Shown here: one piece after another, positions 42,992 through 51,510 of the stretch
How the letters are laid out: every line of letters starts with the position of its first letter
Position numbering within the stretch: the stretch's first letter is position 1
Program-made: the position numbers and the translations under genes
Notes under the pieces: model-generated
Database searches by the model: none
Told to the model about the DNA's origin: nothing
The model's input: the letters and a program-made list of their open reading frames with translations, nothing else
Assembly (NCBI GenBank): GCA_045597045.1
Contig: JAZODN010000025.1
Coordinates: 1-53,003 of the forward strand
Reading direction: 5' to 3'
Length of the DNA stretch: 53,003 bases
DNA from: Acutalibacteraceae bacterium
GTDB lineage: Bacteria > Bacillota > Clostridia > Oscillospirales > Acutalibacteraceae

Positions 42992-44020
42992 TTAGTGTGT
43001 TAGTGCAAAGCCGGCTTCATACAGCAGCGTGGATTCCGTGAAACGCAGGTTTTCATCGGCACAGCCGAGCACCACTGCGATCAACTGTACGCCGTTCTTT
43101 TCTGCCACAGAAGCCAGGCAATAACCGGCTTCGTCGGTGAAACCCGTTTTACCGCCTATTGCATGGATGTAGTAGGTGGCAGGGAAATAGGTGTTGAGCA
43201 GGCGGTTGGTGTTGGTGTAGCTGAGTTCCTCGCCGCTTACAGCGGTGAAGGAGACGCGCGGTGAGCACAGCGCGTCACGCACGGCGTCGAACTGCCAGGC
43301 AAACCGCAAAATCTTCAGCATATCGTTTGCGGTGGTTACGTGGAAGGTGTGATATATGCCGTCCGGATTCACAAAGTGGGTATCGGCAGCGCCGATCTCC
43401 TGCAATTCTTTGTTCATCAAATCGCAAAAACGGGTGGCGGCATCAAAGTTGCTCAGTTCCTCATCGGGGTAAAGGCGACGGGCGGTGTGCACGGCCAAAG
43501 CATACGCCGCATCGCCGCCGGAGGGCAGCAGCAGCGCCTGCAGCATTTGCGGCAGCGTGAGTTCCATGCCGAGTTTTAAATACGCACTGCTGGCCTGCGG
43601 ATCGGTCAAATACACCTCGCGACCGATCACAAAGTTTTCTTCGGTTGCGTATTTGGCCGCCACCGCTGCCGTCATGATCTTAGTCAGGCTGGCAGGGGGA
43701 CACACCACGTCTGCATTGTGTTCAAACAGCACCCGTTCGTTGGTGACGTCAAACAGCAGCGCGTTTTTGGCGCTCAGCGTATCGGTCAACTGGGTGACGG
43801 TGGTGTCTGCCATCGTGGGCAGGGTGGTGGTCGTGGTGGTGGGGAGGGTCGTGCTGTTCTCCTTTTTCGGCGGCGTGTCGGCCGTGCTGCCGCGGCTGCC
43901 CCAATGGATGAAAACGGCCAAGAGCAGTGCCAACAACAGCACCGCAATCAAAAATACGGGAAGCAAACGGCGCAACACGCGTTTATGGCGTGCGTGCCGA
44001 AACGTTTTTGTTTTAGCCAT
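42992..44020 (-). CDS. D-alanyl-D-alanine carboxypeptidase (S11 penicillin-binding protein), membrane-anchored
   Basis: SxxK in PPASLTKIMT, SGxD in LPSGGDAAY, KTG in GGKTGFT. N-terminal TM segment followed by a Thr-rich linker. Confidence 0.8.
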   Translation of the reverse strand: MAKTKTFRHARHKRVLRRLLPVFLIAVLLLALLLAVFIHWGSRGSTADTPPKKENSTTLPTTTTTTLPTMADTTVTQLTDTLSAKNALLFDVTNERVLFEHNADVVCPPASLTKIMTAAVAAKYATEENFVIGREVYLTDPQASSAYLKLGMELTLPQMLQALLLPSGGDAAYALAVHTARRLYPDEELSNFDAATRFCDLMNKELQEIGAADTHFVNPDGIYHTFHVTTANDMLKILRFAWQFDAVRDALCSPRVSFTAVSGEELSYTNTNRLLNTYFPATYYIHAIGGKTGFTDEAGYCLASVAEKNGVQLIAVVLGCADENLRFTESTLLYEAGFALTH

Positions 44021-44113
44021 ACTTCAAAACCTCACAGTATATTCACAAGTATCTCAATTATACTACCGTTTTTTCGGTTTGGCAATCGTTATCGGCAGAA
44101 ATCTTTAAAAAGA

Positions 44114-44142
44114 TTGACAAAATTTGCGAAAAAAGGTACACT
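44114..44142 (+). promoter_or_regulatory. sigma-A-type promoter for the padR operon
   Basis: TTGACA (44114-44119), 17 nt, TACACT (44137-44142). Confidence 0.55.
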
Positions 44143-44175
44143 GAATGCGTTATAACAGAAGAAAGGTGCAGCAGG

Positions 44176-44517
44176 ATGCTATACGACAAATCACAAATGA
44201 TGCGCGGCACGTTGGAAGGGTGTATTTTAAAGATCATTCGCATCCGCGAAACCTACGGTTACGAAATACTGATGCTGCTGCGTGAAAGCGGATTTTCCGA
44301 TATTTCGGAGGGTACCATCTATCCGCTGTTGCTGCGGTTGGAAAAGCAGGGCAGCATTCGGGCGGAACTGCGTCCGTCACCGCTTGGTCCTCGCCGCAAA
44401 TATTATACCATCACCCCCTCGGGAGAGCAATATTTTGCGGCTTTTGAGGAGTGCTGGAGTCAACTGACCTTTGCGGTCGGGAACGTTATGCACATGCGAG
44501 AGGAGGCGTCGGAATGA
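44176..44517 (+). CDS. PadR family transcriptional regulator
   Basis: Winged HTH GYEILMLLRESGFSDISEGTIYPLLLRLEKQGSI. Confidence 0.85.
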   Translation: MLYDKSQMMRGTLEGCILKIIRIRETYGYEILMLLRESGFSDISEGTIYPLLLRLEKQGSIRAELRPSPLGPRRKYYTITPSGEQYFAAFEECWSQLTFAVGNVMHMREEASE

Positions 44518-45194
44518 AGCAAAACGAACAGCGCGCCGTGCACGCACAACTGTCGGTGGAGAACCGCCGTGCGCTGCGACGTATGCGGCGATTTCTGGAT
44601 TCCTATTCTCTCAATGAGGTGGCGCAGGAAGAACTGCTCACCGATCTTGCAGGCATGGCGGTGGAATGTCAGCAACGCGGTCAGCCGTTTTCCGAAGCGG
44701 TGGGCATGGACGAAGCGGCGTTTTGTCATGAACTGGTTGCGAATTGCCCACGGGAAACGTGGCTTGAACGCGTGTTGACTGCTTTGCGGTGGATCGCTGC
44801 GTGGGTCGGGTGTATTTTACCTGTGATGATGCTGCTGGAATGGTTGTTCCCGTGGATGAGTGGCCACTTTGCGGAGGGGATATACTATGTTCCGCTGCCG
44901 TTCCTTTGCAAATATCTGGCGGCAGTGATTCCCGTAGCCTTAGGTATGTGCGTCTTCAAGCGTTTGACCTATCATTCCCGTTCGCTTGTGTGGACGCTGT
45001 TTGCGGCGGTATTTCTGTTTGTGTTTATCACCGTATCGGAGGTGTCGGCACGGTTTATGAATACCGTGACCTTGCCGCTTTCATTGTGGTTGTGGCTGTG
45101 GTTGTTTGGCGGTGCGGTCGCTTTTTTTCATATTGCTAAACGCTGTGTGGCGTTGACGGTGGCCTACCGTCAACGAAGAAAAACAAATCTTTAA
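44514..45194 (+). CDS. PadR-associated membrane protein (DUF1700-like)
   Basis: ATGA overlap with padR. Soluble N-terminal helical part followed by 4-5 TM segments. The family name is inferred from context and architecture only. Confidence 0.5.
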   Translation: MKQNEQRAVHAQLSVENRRALRRMRRFLDSYSLNEVAQEELLTDLAGMAVECQQRGQPFSEAVGMDEAAFCHELVANCPRETWLERVLTALRWIAAWVGCILPVMMLLEWLFPWMSGHFAEGIYYVPLPFLCKYLAAVIPVALGMCVFKRLTYHSRSLVWTLFAAVFLFVFITVSEVSARFMNTVTLPLSLWLWLWLFGGAVAFFHIAKRCVALTVAYRQRRKTNL

Positions 45195-45215
45195 ACGAGG
45201 GAAGGAACGAGAAGC

Positions 45216-46010
45216 ATGAAAGGTTTTAAAATCGGTGGAAAATGGATCGCTGCCATTGTGGTGATCGTACTGTTGATCGCGGTTGCGGCCAACTGCGTTA
45301 CTGTTGTGAATCCGGGTCATACGGGTGTTGTGGTAACACTCGGTAAGGTGAACCACAACGTGTTGCAAGAGGGGTTGCATTTCAAAATTCCGTTTGTGCA
45401 AACGGTGGTGATGATCGACAACCGTATTTCGAAACTGGAAGTGGATACCGAAGCGTTTTCCAAAGACTTGCAGACGGTGGAAACTACGCTTGCGATCAAC
45501 TACCGTGTAGACACTGCGAAGTCCTACAGCATCTATAAAAACATCGGTAAGGATTACGAAACCGTGCTGGTCACCCCGGCGGTGAACGAAGTGCTCAAAG
45601 CGATCACGGCGAAGTACACGGCAGAGGAGAGCGTGACCAACCGTTCGCTCATTTCCGAAGGGCTTGTTTCGGCGCTGAACGAAAAACTCAACGAGATCGG
45701 CTTGTATGTTACCGACGTGAACATCATTAACTTTGATTTCTCGGAGGCATATATTACGGCGATCGAAGAAAAACAGGTGGCACAGCAGCAACTGCTGAAG
45801 GCCGAGACCGAAAAGCAGACCGCCATTACCAACGCGGAAGCAGAGGCGGAAGCGATACGGATCAAGGCTGAGGCCGAGGCAACCGCCAACAAGGTGCTGA
45901 GCGAATCCCTGACTCCCGATCTTATTGAATATAACAAGATTCAAAAGTGGGACGGTAAACTTCCGCAGGTCACGGGCGGCAACGCCATTGTGGACCTGAC
46001 GGCGGAATAA
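45216..46010 (+). CDS. SPFH/band-7 (prohibitin-type) membrane protein
   Basis: N-terminal TM segment, then VNPGHTGVVVTLGKV...GLHFKIPFVQ. C-terminal coiled coil QQQLLKAETEKQTAITNAEAEAEAIRIKAEAEA. Confidence 0.8.
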   Translation: MKGFKIGGKWIAAIVVIVLLIAVAANCVTVVNPGHTGVVVTLGKVNHNVLQEGLHFKIPFVQTVVMIDNRISKLEVDTEAFSKDLQTVETTLAINYRVDTAKSYSIYKNIGKDYETVLVTPAVNEVLKAITAKYTAEESVTNRSLISEGLVSALNEKLNEIGLYVTDVNIINFDFSEAYITAIEEKQVAQQQLLKAETEKQTAITNAEAEAEAIRIKAEAEATANKVLSESLTPDLIEYNKIQKWDGKLPQVTGGNAIVDLTAE

Positions 46011-46014
46011 TGCG

Positions 46015-46863
46015 ATGTACGAAAAGGTAGAACTGCTGCACGCTTGTCGGTTGGCGGTAGGAGAGAGCCCGACGTGGGATGAACGGACGGGGCGGTTGTA
46101 CTTCGTGGATATCCCCGATGGGGCCTATTATGTGCTGGATTACACAAGTGGGCAGGTTGAAAAGCACACCCACTTTAAGATGCTTGGATGTCTTGCGCTG
46201 TGTGAAAACGGCGAACTGCTGCTCGCTGCCGAAGACGGTGTATATCGGTGTGGGGACGAAGGGGGCGTGCGTTTGGCACACGACCCTTGCACACTGTGCG
46301 GCGCACGCTTTAACGACGGAAAAGTCGGGCCCGACGGTGCGTTTTATGCAGGAACGGCCGGCGGTGCCGGAGAAGGTGCCTTTTACCGCCTGGCGAACGG
46401 CGTGCTCCGACCGTTGTTTGATGGGTGCACCTGCTCCAACGGATTGGATTGGACAGCCGACGGCCGTGTAATGTATTACTGCGATTCTATGGAACACAAG
46501 ATGGAACGCTTTGGTGTAAAGGAAGGCGCCTTGCACGGTCGTTCTACCGTGTTGGACATCCCGCGCGAGGACGGCCTGCCCGACGGTATGACCGTGGATC
46601 GCGCCGGTAACGTATGGTTGGCTTTGTGGGGCGGCTGGGGTGTTGTGTGTATTGATCCTGTTGCACGTCGTATTGTAGACCGTATTGACCTGCCGGTGAA
46701 ACAGGTGACTTCCTGCACGTTTGCCGGTGAGGATCTGCGTGATCTCGTAATCACTACGGCAGCGCAAGGGCAGGATTCGGCCGAACAGCCGTTGGCAGGA
46801 AGTTTATTTCGGGTGCGCATGGAGGTGGGAGGCTATCCCACACGAAGATATAACAAAGAATAG
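46015..46863 (+). CDS. SMP-30/gluconolactonase/LRE family protein
   Basis: GESPTWDERTGRLYFVDI and the later NDGKVGPDG, NGLDW and PDGMTVD blades of the six-bladed propeller. Confidence 0.8.
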   Translation: MYEKVELLHACRLAVGESPTWDERTGRLYFVDIPDGAYYVLDYTSGQVEKHTHFKMLGCLALCENGELLLAAEDGVYRCGDEGGVRLAHDPCTLCGARFNDGKVGPDGAFYAGTAGGAGEGAFYRLANGVLRPLFDGCTCSNGLDWTADGRVMYYCDSMEHKMERFGVKEGALHGRSTVLDIPREDGLPDGMTVDRAGNVWLALWGGWGVVCIDPVARRIVDRIDLPVKQVTSCTFAGEDLRDLVITTAAQGQDSAEQPLAGSLFRVRMEVGGYPTRRYNKE

Positions 46864-46867
46864 CATG

Positions 46868-46905
46868 ATCCACGGCTTGCTTTGCAGCTTGCCGTGGATT
46901 TTTTT
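46868..46905 (+). terminator. intrinsic terminator
   Basis: ATCCACGGC...GCCGTGGAT stem followed by TTTTTT. Confidence 0.8.
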
Positions 46906-46924
46906 GAAAATTAAACGCCACTTG

Positions 46925-46951
46925 TGAATAAAACATCGTGTGTGAATCGTG
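46925..46951 (+). promoter_or_regulatory. possible ECF-type autoregulated promoter
   Basis: TGAATA, 17 nt, then CGTG. This resembles the TGAAC-N16/17-CGT pattern of many ECF promoters. GTGAAT occurs twice (46924 and 46942). Confidence 0.25.
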
Positions 46952-46976
46952 TTGTAGGTGAAAGGAGGAATACGCA

Positions 46977-47456
46977 ATGCATCGTATCGATACGGAAAAT
47001 TACATTGAAAGAGTCGTTAACACATATACGGACACTCTGCAGAAATTGGCGTTTACTTATCTGCATACGGTTGCGGATGCACAAGATGTTACGCAAGAGG
47101 TGTTTGTTAAACTGTTGATGCAAGCACCGCGATTTCGCAACCGCGAACACGAAAAAGCGTGGTTAATCCGCGTGACGGTCAATATATGTAAAGATCGTTT
47201 GCGACGTGCCGACCGAAAGAATGTTCCCATTGAAGAGGCGTTAACGGTAGTGGATGGGGGTGCGGATAAGGAGCTTTTAACGGAAGTGATGGCACTGCCG
47301 GAAAAGTATCGCACGGTCATACATTTGCATTATTACGAAGGGTATACCGTTCGTGAGATTGCCGAAATCATTCGAAGGCCCATTGGAACGGTAGCTACCT
47401 ACCTCGCACGCGGACGCCAGAAACTGAAGAAACAGTTGGAAGGAGATTGTATATGA
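46977..47456 (+). CDS. ECF-type sigma-70 family sigma factor
   Basis: 159 aa. Region 2 (DAQDVTQEVFVKL...) and region 4 (PEKYRTVIHLHYYEGYTVREIAEIIRRPIGTVATYLARGRQKLK). Confidence 0.85.
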   Translation: MHRIDTENYIERVVNTYTDTLQKLAFTYLHTVADAQDVTQEVFVKLLMQAPRFRNREHEKAWLIRVTVNICKDRLRRADRKNVPIEEALTVVDGGADKELLTEVMALPEKYRTVIHLHYYEGYTVREIAEIIRRPIGTVATYLARGRQKLKKQLEGDCI

Positions 47457-48211
47457 ACAACTACAAAAGAATCATGACAGAACTACCCTTTGACCCGGGT
47501 TTTTCTCAAAAGACGATTCGTGTGCTTCATGCATACACGGATACGTTGCCGCCTCCAAAAATGCAAAGTTCTTTATGGACGTACGGACGGATCGCATTGG
47601 TAACCGGTCTGTTGTTGGTGACGTTGACTACCGCAGTGTTTGCGGCCGTTCATCTGCTTGCACCGTCGGAGGTTGCCGAATATTTTGGCAATACCGAACT
47701 GGCGGCGGCTTTTGAAAATGAAGATGCCGTGATCATCAACGAGGAGATCGTTGTGGATGAGTATACCGTTGCACTGAACGGTATCGTTTGCGGCGCCGAT
47801 GTAGGAGAGTATGTGGAAAATGAGAAATCGAGTTATATCGTTCTTTCCGTTCGGTATACCGACGGCAGAGCGATCACTCCGGGAGATGCGTGGGAGGATG
47901 ACCCAATCTGCCGTTTCACCGCTTCGCCGTATGTTCACGGAAAGACACCGAGCGAAGTGAATCTGTTTGCGTTGGAGAGTCGTGCCAGCAAAGGGGTGAT
48001 CGGTAACGTGCTTTACATTCTGATTGAAACGGATAAGTTAAGCGGCTATGCAGGAACACCTATGTATTTGGGGGTAGCAGAAAGTGACAGAATGGCGCTT
48101 TTTACCAATGATGAAATGAGTCCGTTTACCTTGAAAGCCGATGGTGAGGTTATACTCAAAGAGTCATTTGATAAGGATGTTTCGTGCGTCGTGTTTAAAT
48201 TGCCGCTGTAA
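47453..48211 (+). CDS. putative anti-sigma factor: short cytoplasmic N-terminus, one TM, ~170-aa extracytoplasmic domain
   Basis: ATGA overlap with the ECF sigma gene. TM segment IALVTGLLLVTLTTAVFAAV. No HxxxCxxC zinc motif. Confidence 0.5.
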   Translation: MNNYKRIMTELPFDPGFSQKTIRVLHAYTDTLPPPKMQSSLWTYGRIALVTGLLLVTLTTAVFAAVHLLAPSEVAEYFGNTELAAAFENEDAVIINEEIVVDEYTVALNGIVCGADVGEYVENEKSSYIVLSVRYTDGRAITPGDAWEDDPICRFTASPYVHGKTPSEVNLFALESRASKGVIGNVLYILIETDKLSGYAGTPMYLGVAESDRMALFTNDEMSPFTLKADGEVILKESFDKDVSCVVFKLPL

Positions 48212-48225
48212 TCGTGTGTCGTCTC

Positions 48226-48257
48226 ATGTGGGGTTGCGTTTGCAACCCCACATTTTC
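48226..48257 (+). terminator. intrinsic terminator
   Basis: ATGTGGGGTTGC-GTTT-GCAACCCCACAT (12 bp) followed by TTTT. Confidence 0.85.
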
Positions 48258-48327
48258 CTATGTGCGAAAAAGCGGTTTACATTTTGCTGCGGATGTGCTA
48301 AAATGTTCTGCGAGAGGAGTGGATGTG

Positions 48328-49017
48328 ATGCGTGACGATATTACCAGTATTCCCGTAAGCGAGGTGTTTGAGCCACGTGACGGTTGTCCCATCTGCCGTA
48401 TGCGCGATCGCTTGGAGGAACGCGTGGTGGAATACATCACGGGTGCTGCCATGATGGAGCCGGATGTGCGTGAGGATACCAATAAGCAGGGGTTTTGCAT
48501 CACTCACTACCGTCAAATGCTCAAACGCCGAAACCGTTTGGGTGTGGCGCTGATGTTGGAAAGCCACTTGGCAGAGACCGAAAAGAAGGTGTTTGCCGGT
48601 CTGCCGTTGGTCGGCAAACGCACCGCGAAACAGGTGCGTGCGGCTGAAAAGGCAGCGGAGAGCTGCTTCGTTTGCAGCCAGGTGGATTGGGCGATGGAAC
48701 GCATGCTTGCTACCGTCTGCCGCTTGTATGAGCGTGAACGTGATTTCCGCACTCTGTTTGCCGAACAGGAGTTCTTGTGTTTACCGCACTTTTCGCGCTT
48801 GGCGGTGCCGGCCGGTGCCATGGATAAGCGTTGGCAACAGGAGTTTCTAAAAGCCGCATCCGGATTGTCGCGCAAATACCTGTCCGCATTGCGCGAGGAT
48901 GTGCACCATTTCACCCAAATGTTTGACTACCGCAACAACGGAGAAGAAGCAGATTGGGGCAATGCCAAAGATTCTATCGAACGTGCGGTGACGTATCTGA
49001 CAACGCGCGAGCCGTAA
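48328..49017 (+). CDS. Cys-rich uncharacterised protein with duplicated CxxC...CxxH module (possibly DUF6062-like)
   Basis: GAGAGGAG RBS before ATG 48328. CPICRMRD...FCITHY in the first half and CFVCSQVD...LCLPHF in the second half. The family name is from memory and unverified. Confidence 0.5.
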   Translation: MRDDITSIPVSEVFEPRDGCPICRMRDRLEERVVEYITGAAMMEPDVREDTNKQGFCITHYRQMLKRRNRLGVALMLESHLAETEKKVFAGLPLVGKRTAKQVRAAEKAAESCFVCSQVDWAMERMLATVCRLYERERDFRTLFAEQEFLCLPHFSRLAVPAGAMDKRWQQEFLKAASGLSRKYLSALREDVHHFTQMFDYRNNGEEADWGNAKDSIERAVTYLTTREP

Positions 49018-49046
49018 CATTCAATGTAAAGGTGAAAACAATTACA

Positions 49047-49077
49047 ACTTTTTGTCAAAATCCTCTTGACAAAAAGT
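49047..49077. promoter_or_regulatory. perfect 12-bp inverted repeat overlapping the -35 of the ylxM-ffh promoter
   Basis: ACTTTTTGTCAA-AATCCTC-TTGACAAAAAGT. Confidence 0.6.
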
Positions 49078-49094
49078 GCGATTTCGTGTATAAT
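49066..49094 (+). promoter_or_regulatory. consensus sigma-A promoter for ylxM-ffh
   Basis: TTGACA (49066-49071), 17 nt, TATAAT (49089-49094). Confidence 0.7.
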
Positions 49095-49124
49095 GAGTTG
49101 TAAAGTTTTTCTGCTTTACAACTC
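49095..49124 (+). other. 5'-leader stem-loop at the predicted transcript start
   Basis: GAGTTGTAAAG-TTTTTCTG-CTTTACAACTC, a perfect 11-bp stem beginning 1 nt after the -10. Confidence 0.6.
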
Positions 49125-49155
49125 ATTTCATTTTATGAGAAGGAGGGGACCGTCG

Positions 49156-49518
49156 ATGGCCAAGAATATGGAGATCGCCTTGCTGTTTGATTTCTATGGT
49201 GAGATGTTAACGGAAAAGCAGCGAGATGTTATCGAATTGTATTACGAAGACGATCTGTCGCTGTCGGAGATCGCCGAAAATGAAGGCATCACCCGTCAGG
49301 GTGTGCGTGATTCCATTAAGCGTGCGGAAACGCAATTGCTGGAAATGGAGGAGCGTCTTGGTTTGGCTAAGCGGTTCCGCGAAATGCAGGAAGGTGTCGC
49401 AGCGATTCAAGAAGCTGCCGACGACATTTTTGCGATCAATGAGCGGTTCGGCTACTCACGGGAGATCAACGAACGTGCGCGTCGCATCCGCGAATTGGCA
49501 CAGCAGTTGACGAAATAA
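49156..49518 (+). CDS. ylxM: YlxM/UPF0122 putative DNA-binding protein (SRP-operon associated)
   Basis: LFDFYGEMLTEKQRDVIELYYEDDLSLSEIAENEGITRQGVRDSIKRAE. AGGAGGGG RBS before ATG 49156. Confidence 0.85.
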   Translation: MAKNMEIALLFDFYGEMLTEKQRDVIELYYEDDLSLSEIAENEGITRQGVRDSIKRAETQLLEMEERLGLAKRFREMQEGVAAIQEAADDIFAINERFGYSREINERARRIRELAQQLTK

Positions 49519-49531
49519 GGAGGACAGTTCG

Positions 49532-50872
49532 GTGGCTTTTGAAGGATTGTCCGATAAACTGTCTGCTGCTTTTAAGCGGCTGCGTTCAAAGGGAAAACTG
49601 AGTGAGGCTGATGTAAAAGAAGCCATGCGCGAGGTGCGCCTTGCTTTGTTGGAGGCCGACGTCAACTATAAAGTGGCGAAGGACTTCACTGCCAAGGTGG
49701 CCGAGCGTGCGATCGGTGCCCAGGTGATGGAAAGCTTGACGCCGGCACAGATGGTTATCAAAATTGTGAATGAAGAGCTTACTGCCCTGATGGGCGGCGA
49801 TGCGGCGTATCTCGCATCGCCGGGTAGCCGTCCACCGTGCGTGGTGATGATGTGCGGTTTGCAGGGTGCCGGTAAGACCACCCATTCGGCCAAACTGGCC
49901 AAAATGCTCAAGGGGCGCGGTCACCGCCCGTTGCTTGTAGCGTGTGACGTTTACCGTCCGGCGGCTATTCAACAATTGCAGGTGGTGGGCGAAAAAGCCG
50001 GTGTTCCCGTGTTCACGATGGGTACCGAAAACCCCGTGAAGATCGCGCAAAAAGCAGTGGCTCACGCGAAAGATCACGGCAATGACTACGTGCTGTTAGA
50101 TACGGCTGGCCGCTTGCATATTGACGAGCAGCTGATGGACGAGTTGAAGGATATCAAGGCGTCTCTCACACCCCAGGAAATTCTGCTTGTGGTGGACGCC
50201 ATGACCGGTCAGGATGCGGTAAATGCTGCCGCGGCGTTCAATGAAGCGCTCGGCATCACCGGCGTGATTCTCACCAAGTTGGATGGCGATACCCGTGGTG
50301 GTGCAGCCCTTTCGGTGCGTGCCGTGACAGGGCAGCCGGTCAAATACGCCGGTATCGGTGAAAAGTTGGACGACTTGGAAGTGTTTCATCCCGAACGGAT
50401 GGCTTCGCGTATCTTGGGCATGGGCGATGTGCTCTCGCTGATTGAAAAAGCGGAACAGCAGATCGATGAAAAGCAAGCGGAGGAACTGGCGCGTAAGCTT
50501 GAGCAGGACCGCTTTGATTTGAACGATATGCTCGACCAGTTCCGTCAGATCAAGAAAATGGGAGATATCAAAGGCTTGCTCGGTATGATTCCGGGTGCCG
50601 GCAAACAACTGCGCGACGTGGAGATTGACGAACGTCAGTTTGATCGCGTGGAAGCGATCATTCTCTCGATGACACCGGCCGAACGCACAAAACCCGAAAT
50701 TTTGAATGCATCGCGTCGGCGGCGCATTGCTGCAGGCTGCGGCATGAAGGTGGAAGATGTCAACCGCCTCATTAAGCAGTATGACCAAATGCGGCAAATG
50801 ATGAAGCAAATGAAAAAAATGGGGAAGGGCAAGCGCGGCATGCGCGGTATGCCGAATTTCCCGATGATGTAA
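49532..50872 (+). CDS. ffh: signal recognition particle protein Ffh
   Basis: GTG start after TAAGGAGG. NG domain motifs GLQGAGKTT, DTAGR and TKLDGD. Met-rich M domain. Confidence 0.95.
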   Translation: MAFEGLSDKLSAAFKRLRSKGKLSEADVKEAMREVRLALLEADVNYKVAKDFTAKVAERAIGAQVMESLTPAQMVIKIVNEELTALMGGDAAYLASPGSRPPCVVMMCGLQGAGKTTHSAKLAKMLKGRGHRPLLVACDVYRPAAIQQLQVVGEKAGVPVFTMGTENPVKIAQKAVAHAKDHGNDYVLLDTAGRLHIDEQLMDELKDIKASLTPQEILLVVDAMTGQDAVNAAAAFNEALGITGVILTKLDGDTRGGAALSVRAVTGQPVKYAGIGEKLDDLEVFHPERMASRILGMGDVLSLIEKAEQQIDEKQAEELARKLEQDRFDLNDMLDQFRQIKKMGDIKGLLGMIPGAGKQLRDVEIDERQFDRVEAIILSMTPAERTKPEILNASRRRRIAAGCGMKVEDVNRLIKQYDQMRQMMKQMKKMGKGKRGMRGMPNFPMM

Positions 50873-50941
50873 CCGTATTCATTTCCGCACAGCGGATGGG
50901 AATAAACAATTTTATTTAATTTTTTTGGAGGTACCCTTATT

Positions 50942-51181
50942 ATGGCAGTGAAAATCAGACTGCGCCGCATGGGCGCAAAGAAAGCTCCGTTCTATCGCAT
51001 TGTGGTGGCGGATTCCCGTTATCCCCGTGATGGCCGTTTCATCGAAGAGATCGGCTATTACAACCCGATGGAAGAGCCGAAGGTTATCAAAGTGGATGCT
51101 GAAAAGGCCCAGAAGTGGATCGCCAACGGCGCTCAGCCGACCGACACGGTTCGCGAGCTGCTGAAGCAGGCCGGCATCTGA
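50942..51181 (+). CDS. rpsP: 30S ribosomal protein S16
   Basis: [42 protein letters not shown]. Confidence 0.95.
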   Translation: MAVKIRLRRMGAKKAPFYRIVVADSRYPRDGRFIEEIGYYNPMEEPKVIKVDAEKAQKWIANGAQPTDTVRELLKQAGI

Positions 51182-51213
51182 ATCCCGAATCATCGAAAAG
51201 GACGGTCTCAGTT

Positions 51214-51447
51214 ATGAAAGACTTGTTGTTGACGATCGCCAAAGGTTTGGTGGAAGATCCGAACGCTGTGACGGTGGAGCAGGAAGCGCCTCAGGAGGAT
51301 GGCACCATCGTTCTTCACCTGCACGTTGCAGAAAATGACATGGGTCGTGTGATTGGCAAGCAAGGTCGTATCGCCAAGGCGATGCGCACCGTTATGCGTG
51401 CGGCCGCTACCCGTCAGGATGTCAAGGTTTCGGTTGAAATCGACTAA
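51214..51447 (+). CDS. KH-domain RNA-binding protein (YlqC-like)
   Basis: 77 aa with the GxxG loop in MGRVIGKQGRIAKAMRTV. Conserved position between rpsP and rimM. Confidence 0.85.
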   Translation: MKDLLLTIAKGLVEDPNAVTVEQEAPQEDGTIVLHLHVAENDMGRVIGKQGRIAKAMRTVMRAAATRQDVKVSVEID

Positions 51448-51450
51448 CGA

Positions 51451-51479
51451 AAAAAAGCGGGCAAAATGCCCGCTTTTTT
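51451..51479 (+). terminator. terminator-like hairpin inside the rpsP-KH-rimM-trmD cluster
   Basis: AAAAAAGCGGGC-AAAAT-GCCCGCTTTTTT. Confidence 0.7.
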
Positions 51480-51510
51480 CACAGTTTCACAGAAGGGAGC
51501 CAGTATCGAA

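Noticed and set aside
45081-46767. Two long minus-strand ORFs (287 and 265 aa) opposite the SPFH and SMP-30 genes
   Set aside because: These are antisense shadow ORFs with no recognisable motifs and no RBS, while the sense-strand genes have clear family signatures. The same reasoning applies to 20587-21315, 21301-22086, 38102-38773, 50096-50809 and 52029-52769.
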